A stretch of 64,000 nucleotides of DNA, from positions 1 to 64,000 of the IMG/VR virus record IMGVR_UViG_3300033463_000081, one strand, 5' to 3'. The position numbers and the translations under genes were made by a program. Origin of the DNA: a virus. Lineage: Duplodnaviria; Caudoviricetes. The notes under the pieces were generated by a model. The model saw nothing but the letters and a program-made list of their open reading frames with translations. It made no database searches and was not told where the DNA came from. Below, piece after piece: positions 56,120-64,000 of the stretch. The number at the start of each line of letters is the position of its first letter. The first letter of the stretch is position 1.

Positions 56120-58115
56120 ATGATTCGGTCATCCCTTCCGTTGATAACGTCCGAGATGGCGTTCATGCTCCGGGTAAGACCGTTGACGATGTGGCCGAGC
56201 ATGACATCACGGTTCTCCAGCTTAGTCTGAAGAGCTTCTATGGCATCGGCGGCGGCGAGAACCATAGCCGTTTCACAGGTGGTGTAGTCCGTGTAGATTT
56301 CTTCACCGTGCTCATCACGGACAACCTTTATCTTGTCCTTGAACATGCAGTGGTCACAGTCGCAGATGGTGGCATCTTCGACACGCTCTCCAACGCTTTC
56401 ATCCCAGCAGTCACGGATACACCGTACCAGTTCAGAATAGTCCGTCAATCCTTATCTCCTTTCTTTTCACGGCGGCGCAGGACAGCCCTGTGCGCCCACA
56501 CATATTCACAGAACGGCTCCCAGTTCATGCGAACCTGAGAGTACACGTCCACCTTCTCGGAATTAAACTTATCCCAGTGCGGCCAGTGGTCGATGACGAC
56601 TTCCCACTCGCACTTGCTCCAGTAGTAATAGAGCAGGTCTTTGCGCATCTGTTCGCAGAAGAGGTCACGCTCGGTATCCTTATATTTCCGGGCGGCTTTC
56701 TTCAGACACTCCAAGAAATACCCATGATTGAAGACGTTGTGGATTTTTATCGTCTTTGCGTTGGAGTCACCGATGTAGACGTTCCATGTGAGTTCAGTTC
56801 TGTCCATAATTCTTTTCCCACCATTCCTTTGCTTTCTCCGGGGTGTCGAACTTGAGGTCATCCATGTACAACGCCTGCGCTACCCACGGCTCTCCGTAGG
56901 CGTAGCCGTCAGCCAACATGTTTCCCTCTTCGTCCTGAATGTAGTTGACGTAGAGCATAAGCTCGGTGCTGTTATCTCCGTATGTATTCTTGGGCATTAT
57001 TCGTCCACCTCTTCCACATAAAACCATGACTGTGGGGGTCTTGTAATGCTCACCAAATGTGACCACATTCCACTTTCCTCCCATCTCTTTAGGCTTTCCA
57101 AGGGCTTCATTTCTTCGTATATCTTCAAGTCCGAAATGTGCCAGCCGTAGAGCGGCTTCCCCTTGGCGTACTCATAGAGTTCTTTCGGCTTGACAAGGCT
57201 TCCAGCGGAAAGTTCAGCAAAGTCGGTGCGGCACGGCATATACTGTTCGCACCAATCACACACGAACTCGCCAATAACATAACCCGAAAGGAATTGTGTT
57301 GCCGAATCTGCGCCGTCTTTCGTACAGTAGATGTAGCACTTGAATGGACGCTCCGCTTTAGGCCCGGTCTTCCGCACCTCCATGCTCTTTTCCCCGGAGG
57401 CAATCAGTGCGCACCACTTTGGCTTGATACTGATGAGAACCGCATTATTCATGGTCATATCTCTTTCCATCTGCAACTGTCACAGCTTCCAACGTGCGCC
57501 TGCCTGTACAGACCGCATTTCTCGCACAGGAAATTGCGGCAGTCCAAAAGTTTCTCGTACAGTTCGCTGATGGCATCGTCAGCCGTCATAAGGAGCGCAA
57601 CGGTTTCTGCGTTCTCGGAGAACTTGAACGGCATAGCCTGCGCTTTTCTGCGACAGCTATCCGCCAGACCTATGTAGTCTTTCATGCGTGTGCCTCCATA
57701 GCGGAATAAATCTCGTCGGGCAACTCTTTGACCATGACCGAGCCGTTAGTAAGGCAGACGAGGGAGACTGGAATAGCTTCTGTCACTGGGGCGCTCGGAT
57801 GCTTTTTCAGGCGCTCAACGGATACGATGTGGTTGGGGTTGACGTAGACCTCTTTCGGCCCGTACATCTTTTGCTGGGCATCGTAGTAGAATGAGTGCAG
57901 GAGAATCAGCGGCGGCATCAGGGTTCCTCCTTGGGGCGGAAAGCGCCCAAAAAATCCTCCGTGGTCGTGACCACCGTGACGAAGAACGCCTCGTCCGGGG
58001 TGATGTTGGAGATGCCAATGGAATCGTACTGCTCATGTACGAACTTGGCGATGATGTCGAACGCTTCCGCCTTTATCTCCTGCGAGGACGCTCCGAATGT
58101 GAACTCCTTATTCAT
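56116..58115 (-). CDS. Small hypothetical ORFs (56116-56448, 56445-56807, 56794-56997, 57455-57685, 57682-57918, 57918-58115)
   Basis: Continuous overlapping operon. Confidence 0.6.
56997..57458 (-). CDS. ASCH/PUA-like domain protein
   Basis: VLISIKPKWCALIASGEKSMEVRKT. Confidence 0.75.
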   Translation of the reverse strand: MTMNNAVLISIKPKWCALIASGEKSMEVRKTGPKAERPFKCYIYCTKDGADSATQFLSGYVIGEFVCDWCEQYMPCRTDFAELSAGSLVKPKELYEYAKGKPLYGWHISDLKIYEEMKPLESLKRWEESGMWSHLVSITRPPQSWFYVEEVDE

Positions 58116-58213
58116 TTTCTTCCTCCATTTCTTTTTCTTCCATGTGTCTGATGTGTATGTTGATGAACACGGTTGTGCAGATTCCTATATATGCTATGAG
58201 ATATTTGCCGAAC

Positions 58214-59070
58214 TCAATCAGCCACCGCATCGGATTCCCCCTTCTTCATCATGCCGTTGGCACGGTTCCTGTACTTCTGCGGCAGGTCAAGCACCGTGAT
58301 GAGGATGTAGTCCTCGGAGAAGACCCACACCTTTTCGCTCCAGACCCGGATGATGACCGGGCGTGAGTTGCGGTGCGAAACGTAGTCGAGGTAGCGGCGC
58401 AGACCGCCGTGGGTATCGTCACGGGCTATTCCGTTGTCCAACGCTTTCCTTGCCAACTTCTGTACGGCGCTTCGGTTGACGCCCACACGCTTCCGTGCGC
58501 GTTTGTCACCGTGGCGTGTGATTATCATGAATCACCCACCGCCTTGTTGATGCGGTCGGCAAGGGCTTGCAGTTCCGCCAACTTTTCCAGCGGCTTGTAC
58601 CATACTGCATCGTCATTGTCCCATGCCCATACATCGCCCTCGTGAAGCTCTCCGTACAGACCGTCACAGTCCATACCGCACCATAATTTAATCCACCGCA
58701 CAAACCGCTCGGCTTTCTTACCGTCGAGTATTTTCATGTACATGATGGATTCTTCCCACTGTTCCGCGGTGGGTTTCTCTATGAAATTCAGGTTATCGTC
58801 AAAGGCGGCGACAGCGCCCATGTTTCTGTAGCATTCGTCCTCATAGGCAATGCAATCCGCCTCATTGTCGAACTCCGTTTCGTCAAAGGCGTAATATGTT
58901 TTCTCAACTCTCATGGCATCTTCTCCCCTCTTATCTCGGAATTTGTGTGTCCTGTTCTCTATGCACCACGGACAACTGCCGTGGTTTCTGCATGTGCAGT
59001 CTATGGCTTTCGCCCCACGGTAGGGCTTGCGCTTCTCCTTGCCATGCTCTATGGCTTTGTCAAGGCTCAT
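58214..59070 (-). CDS. Two hypothetical ORFs (58214-58528, 58525-59070)
   Basis: Overlapping; second begins MSLDKAIEHGKEKRKPYRGAKAID. Confidence 0.6.
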
Positions 59071-59405
59071 TTGGCATACCTCTCATCCGTATATGGATAG
59101 AGCGGCTGTCCGCAAAACGGGCAGAATGCCCAGTTCTCCTGCCCTCGGCATTCGTCATCATCACTGAACAGAAAAGCGCCACAGATTGAACACGCATAGC
59201 TCTGCACGTTGTTGATGACGAGTACGATTTCAAGCATCACGCCGCCCTCCTTTCATTTGTCCAACTCTTCCAGCTTTGCAAGGATGAGACAAGCCGTTGT
59301 CAGTTCTACCGCGTGTCTCGCACCGCTGATATCGCCCTTGATAAGCAACACAGTCGCAAAGATGAGTTCCGCCACCGCCCAAATCGTGTACCATGTCTTC
59401 ATCAT

Positions 59406-59615
59406 TTACGCCGCCCTCCTGTTCCACTTGGCAATCGCTCCCGCCGGGTCATGGCTCCAGTTGATGTAGCATCCACAGGGAACGCACCCGACCCATCCGT
59501 GGCGGAACATTCCCCGGAACTCTCTGACCTCAGACTTTCCGCCACAGTGCGGGCAGTTTTCTACATGTTCTCCGACGAGAACGAACGATGTGTCCTGTTT
59601 CTTTTTCTTGGACAT
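59406..59615 (-). CDS. Lar-like restriction-alleviation Zn-ribbon protein
   Basis: CPHCGG...V.C..CG...AIAKWNRR; start overlaps the recombinase stop. Confidence 0.55.
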   Translation of the reverse strand: MSKKKKQDTSFVLVGEHVENCPHCGGKSEVREFRGMFRHGWVGCVPCGCYINWSHDPAGAIAKWNRRAA

Positions 59616-60580
59616 CACTGTGCCTCCTTTCTGTTGAACACGTTGGCCACCGCCATTGCCGGAGCGTTCACACTGAAGCGGGCGGCGTATATTTTCGTTG
59701 TCGCAACACTGCTGTGGCCCATCGTCTCGGAGATAAGCTCCATCGGAACATCGTTCTCCAAGAGGACGGATGCGTAGCAGTGACGTGCTGCGTGGGATCT
59801 GCAGGATTTCTCCTCGCCCAGGACAGCCTTGGTGTAGTGCTTGATTCGCTCGGAAAGTTCTATTCTGGACATCGGATTCCATCCGCCCTGGGCGTTCACC
59901 GATCCGAACAGCCAATCATCATCGGAAACCCAAGAGGGACGAAGACCGCTCTCAAGGTACTCACGCACGGCGTTCTGAGATGCCTCGGAGAAGACCACGG
60001 CGCGGGGCTTGTCTCCCTTGGTGTCCTGCGGATACGCCACACCGTTCTCCCAGTCCAGGTCGCACAGCCGGAGCGAACGAATCTCGCTGTTCCGCAACCC
60101 GGACTGGAGAAGCATGGTGACCTCGGCTTTCTCACGCAGCCACTTGGAAGACCGTCTTCCGAACTTGGGCTTGTCGCAGGTGATCAGGGCTTCGGCGTCC
60201 TCGTCCGTGAGGACGTGTTCATAGGGTTTGTTGCGCTCCACGTTCAGCTTCTTCTTGGGAGGCATCAGGGTGTCCAGGAAGAACGGCTTGTCCACGATGC
60301 CACACGCTACGGCGAAGTTCGACAGGCAACGGATGTGCGTGAGGTAGAGAGCCATAGTGGTTATCTTCACATCGGTGTCAAGCTTGAACCGCATCACGGC
60401 TTCCACGCCGATGTCTTCCGCACCGCTGCGCTCCATGCTCTCTCGGAGCATTCGGTACGTCCGGGCGTAACTGCTGATGCTGTTCTCGGACAGCTCGTTA
60501 CGCTTCATGTTGTCCATGTACAGGCTCACAGCCCTGTCATACTTTTCAAACATCTTCTCGATGCCTCCTTTCTTCGTCAC
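59615..60580 (-). CDS. Third tyrosine recombinase
   Basis: SGLRNSE, TKGDK, HAARH, MGH, KIY. Confidence 0.9.
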   Translation of the reverse strand: MTKKGGIEKMFEKYDRAVSLYMDNMKRNELSENSISSYARTYRMLRESMERSGAEDIGVEAVMRFKLDTDVKITTMALYLTHIRCLSNFAVACGIVDKPFFLDTLMPPKKKLNVERNKPYEHVLTDEDAEALITCDKPKFGRRSSKWLREKAEVTMLLQSGLRNSEIRSLRLCDLDWENGVAYPQDTKGDKPRAVVFSEASQNAVREYLESGLRPSWVSDDDWLFGSVNAQGGWNPMSRIELSERIKHYTKAVLGEEKSCRSHAARHCYASVLLENDVPMELISETMGHSSVATTKIYAARFSVNAPAMAVANVFNRKEAQ

Positions 60581-60788
60581 TTAATAGTGAATAACAAGCC
60601 CAAAATATCAGAGCGCATATTGCACAAATTTCATCCGCCGTTTATGGCTGAGTTGACCAGACGAATGGCCTCACGGATGCTCTCCGCGCTGACGGTCTGA
60701 CTGAATACCTCTTGGTCTCCATATTCGGTGGTAAGGAATACTACTATGGTGTATTCTTTCTTCACCGTCTGATTCTTCTGTAGTCCTT

Positions 60789-61112
60789 TCAAAATGGCAT
60801 GAACATCTCCTCTCCGTCAAAATTCTTTATGATTTCCTGCGAAACCGTGATAGTCCTCTTCTCCACAGTGCCGATGACTTTGGCGGGCGGATAGTAGCCG
60901 CCGTTGGCAACGCAGAGGATTTCGGTAAAGCTGTCAAGGCTGTACCAGTTGTCGCAGAACGCCGTGACGATGTGCTCACCCCTACGGTCTTCCACGCACA
61001 GCTTATCTCCGGCGGTCACCTGCACGTTGGCGGGAAGCTCGTACAAGAACGCACGGCTGTCTGACTCGTGATGCTTGCAGTACACAAGGTTGTGGTGCTT
61101 CATTCTCTCCAT
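60789..61112 (-). CDS. Hypothetical protein
   Basis: GGAGG RBS. Confidence 0.6.
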   Translation of the reverse strand: MERMKHHNLVYCKHHESDSRAFLYELPANVQVTAGDKLCVEDRRGEHIVTAFCDNWYSLDSFTEILCVANGGYYPPAKVIGTVEKRTITVSQEIIKNFDGEEMFMPF

Positions 61113-61483
61113 ACCTCCATTTGTTTTTGTTCCAGATATTCTTCAATCTGACGCTGCAGCTTGACTACGGATGAACCGTGACGGCGCATACACGCAAGGT
61201 CTGCCAGTATCTCCAGCTCGTCCTCGGAACCTCGAAACTTGACGTACAACTCAGCCAGTTCTTCCAAGGTGTATCCGCCAAGCTTTGAGGAGAATGTCCG
61301 TGCGGTGCTGCGTCTTTCCGATGGGGTTTGTGACAGCGGAGCGAACATGTCCTCGTTCCGTTGGGCGCGACCGCGGAGCGTGTTGTATCTCACCCCAATC
61401 ATGCGGGCGAAATCCGCAAGGGTCATGAGTGTTCCGTTGTAGTTCACCCAGTATTTGTTCTTGAGTGTGCTGATGTTACTCAC
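61100..61483 (-). CDS. HTH-containing protein
   Basis: MTLADFARMIGVRYNTLRGR; GTG start. Confidence 0.55.
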   Translation of the reverse strand: MSNISTLKNKYWVNYNGTLMTLADFARMIGVRYNTLRGRAQRNEDMFAPLSQTPSERRSTARTFSSKLGGYTLEELAELYVKFRGSEDELEILADLACMRRHGSSVVKLQRQIEEYLEQKQMEVWRE

Positions 61484-61533
61484 CGTCCTTTGGCGGCATA
61501 TAATAACATCCCGTGTCAAGTGGATTTGGGCAT

Positions 61534-61564
61534 AAAAAAAGAACCGCACGTTTCCGTGCAGTTC
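61534..61564 (-). terminator. Rho-independent terminator
   Basis: GAACCGCACG-TTTC-CGTGCAGTTC with an A7 tract on the + strand. Confidence 0.7.
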
Positions 61565-61586
61565 TCGATGATTGTTGTGTGGATTT

Positions 61587-62183
61587 CTACTTGAGGTCTA
61601 TCTTAAACATGCCATATCCTATGCCGTGTTCCGTTTTGAACTTTACCCTGTCGGACAGCAGACGAAGGTCATATATTTTTTTCTCTTCCTCTTCCGTAAG
61701 CTTGTCGGTGAAGAACGCAATCTTCAGCTGCGCAAAACTCCATGACAGATCTGCGGGGATTCCCATGAGAACGATGTCTTTGTTTCCATCGGACAGTTCC
61801 TTGCCTATCCTCGTCATCTCCACGGCCCTAGCCACGTCCGTCATCTTCGGCTCTTCCGGCCTGTTCTGCTCTATCTCTTCAAGACTCTTTTGCACAAGCG
61901 AAAACAACGCCTCGTCCGAACCCAAGCCAATCTCGGCCAGGTGTTCCTTTATCTCCGCCCCGGTCGGCACTGGGTCTTTCTCTTTATTGAGGCGCAGCGC
62001 ATTGTCCACGCTCAGTTTCACTCCGTCTCTTTCACATTCTTCCATCGTGCAGGCGGCGAAATCTATGTCAAGTTCATCCGTAATATCCGGGCGCTCTTCC
62101 ATAATCTGATTCACATATTGGCGAATCCCGTCATATCTCGGATGTGCAAAATATTTCTTCAGTTCTTTCTTTGTCATTTTCAT
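61587..62183 (-). CDS. Hypothetical protein with its own promoter and terminator
   Basis: 198 aa, GGGGAG RBS. Confidence 0.65.
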   Translation of the reverse strand: MKMTKKELKKYFAHPRYDGIRQYVNQIMEERPDITDELDIDFAACTMEECERDGVKLSVDNALRLNKEKDPVPTGAEIKEHLAEIGLGSDEALFSLVQKSLEEIEQNRPEEPKMTDVARAVEMTRIGKELSDGNKDIVLMGIPADLSWSFAQLKIAFFTDKLTEEEEKKIYDLRLLSDRVKFKTEHGIGYGMFKIDLK

Positions 62184-62198
62184 CTCCCCTTTTATATA

Positions 62199-62233
62199 AT
62201 AATAGTGCCTTGACTCAAAAGAATCAAGGCACT
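62199..62233 (-). promoter_or_regulatory. Promoter overlapped by a perfect palindrome
   Basis: TTGATT-17 bp-TATTAT; AGTGCCTTGA-N10-TCAAGGCACT. Confidence 0.65.
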
Positions 62234-62235
62234 TT

Positions 62236-63929
62236 TTAAATCTCTATGGTATACCCAAGCATGGACAGCTTGCAAATCTCCGTGACCAGACCGTAGCTCA
62301 CGAAGTTCTTTCCGGCGTCTGGGTGTTCCGCATCCGCCACGAACCTGGTCGAAAGGTCAAGTGACCAGCTGTTCGTTTCCTCGTCCCACAGCACGAGTTC
62401 GTATTTCTCCTCGCCGCTTTCCGTGCCGTCATCGTAGCGCACCCACGCTTTCTTCACAGCTTTTGCCATTATATAATCCCCTTTCTCATAAATGTTTCGA
62501 GGGACATCTCCCTCGGTTTTTTACAGCGTTTCCAAAAGAAATGACCGTAGGTATCCTCGTCATACCCACGGGCGTTTTTCTCAAGCAGATATTTGTCGAT
62601 GGTCTTCTTGTCCTCTTCTGTGTGGAGCGTTACACGGTGCAACGGTGTAGCTCCAAGAGGATTGAACATCTGGTTGTTCGTTTCCACCACGATGCAGATG
62701 CACTCGGCGGATTTCTTCCTACTCATTGCAGTACTCCTCGCGGTAGAAACGGATGTACTCCTCAATGTTCGCCTCAACCAGTTCGATGAATCCCTCCAGG
62801 GTATTGGTTTCCGTAGGAACTCCGAACATGTAGTCCTTGATGCCGTAGCCCTTTCGCTGAAGATACGCATCGAAAGACTCATTCCCATCGAAATCAGTTT
62901 CTTTGCAGATCTCGATGATGTAGTTGCCGAAGCGATACGTTTCAAGCAGACTGTTCTGCGCCTTTGTGAATCGTTTCACAGCAATTCTCCTTTCCTTTTT
63001 CTTTCGGCTCAAAGTCGGCGTAGCAGAAGCCCCAGATGAAGCCGATGTCTTTTTTGCAGGTCTCCTCTTTCCTGCAGTCCTTGCAGTAGCCCTCCATTAG
63101 GATTTCCCCCTTCCGCACAGTTTCAGATTAAGGTCTCCCAGTTTTTCGACATATCTGTCCAACTCTTCTACGATGTCATTGTCATAGATGAGGTCAGCCG
63201 CTTTCTGTGCATTCTCTGCCAACACGTTCAGCCCACACAAGAGCGTGTTGATTTCTTCCTGAGTCAGTTCGATTTTCATGCAGATTCCTCCTTTCCAAGG
63301 TATACAGCGTGTTGATTTCCCTTTACATAGAGATTGATAACGCTACGACCGTCCTCACGCCGATGACGCCACACATCTCCGATGTCCTCAAGGTGTGCGG
63401 TCTTGCACCTGGGCAGACGGCGCACGAGCGGAAGGAGCTTTCTCTTTGCGGAATCCCGGTACTCATAGAACTCACCGAACGGACGTAAGATGCGCTTGGC
63501 TTCCCGGCGCTTGGCGTGAATTCTCTCGGCGTTTATCACCGCATCGAAATCCGGGGTATACCACGCATCCCGCACGGTTTCATGGTTGGATCGGTTTGGC
63601 ATCCTATAGAAATTATCCTCTCGGATGATTTCTCCCTCATAGTTCCACAGCCCCCAAACCAGCCTGGAGTGCAACTCCTTTACCTCATGACGGTGAATGC
63701 TGAAACGGATACCGTCAATGTAGAGGTAAACGTTTGGGTCAGGGTCATCATAATGCTCGTGAGTTTCCTCAAGAAGAAAACGGTAGATGTCCTTGCCGTC
63801 CGTGAGGTCAACCTTGCAGATTTCGTAGGAAGACATGCCAGTCATGGTTTGGGCATTCACGATGAACCCCTTGTCCATGTACTCTCTCAGAGTATTCGTG
63901 AACAGTTCGTTGATGTCTTTTTTTCTCAT
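62236..63929 (-). CDS. Hypothetical ORFs (62236-62469, 62469-62726, 62719-63012, 63097-63279, 63276-63929)
   Basis: Coupled ORFs with RBSs. Confidence 0.6.
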
Positions 63930-64000
63930 GCGTTCTCACCCTCCTTAATAAACGCAACAGCTTTCTCACGACTGTCGAACCAGTCGCACCAAATGTCAGC

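Larger units (their letters stand above)
1..64000. mobile_element. Temperate tailed phage genome segment (unintegrated attP configuration)
   Basis: Integrase, repressor, replication, terminase, portal, capsid, tape measure and endolysin in modular order; no bacterial housekeeping genes. Confidence 0.95.

Noticed and set aside
60578-60610. GTCACTTAATAGTGA and GCCCAAAAT resembling sites A-D near the third recombinase
   Set aside because: Only partial matches, without the GGCCCA-arm spacing.

Overview
The whole window is phage DNA, with no host housekeeping genes. It looks like a large part of a temperate, long-tailed (sipho-like) phage of a Clostridia/Bacillota-type host. Order: rightward accessory genes (1-3.7 kb); intact attP and tyrosine integrase; ImmA/CI/Cro switch; recombination and replication module (YqaJ, RecT, SSB, Rep with iterons, DnaB, dUTPase); packaging, head and tail modules containing holins, 2 tRNAs and a degenerate tRNA followed by a structured RNA; endolysin; then a leftward arm of small accessory genes with a cysteine desulfurase and a third tyrosine recombinase. 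The most striking region is 42.5-47.7 kb. Four related direct-repeat sites (A in the tail-fibre gene, then B, C, D) divide it into cassette-like units: the tail-fibre C-terminus, a pseudoknotted non-coding stretch, a Zn-ribbon gene and a sortase-like gene. The last three units each end in a hairpin and a convergent gene (two RHH paralogues, then a XerD-like recombinase). This suggests an integron-like cassette system inside the tail locus. All calls come from motif recognition by eye; no database searches were run.
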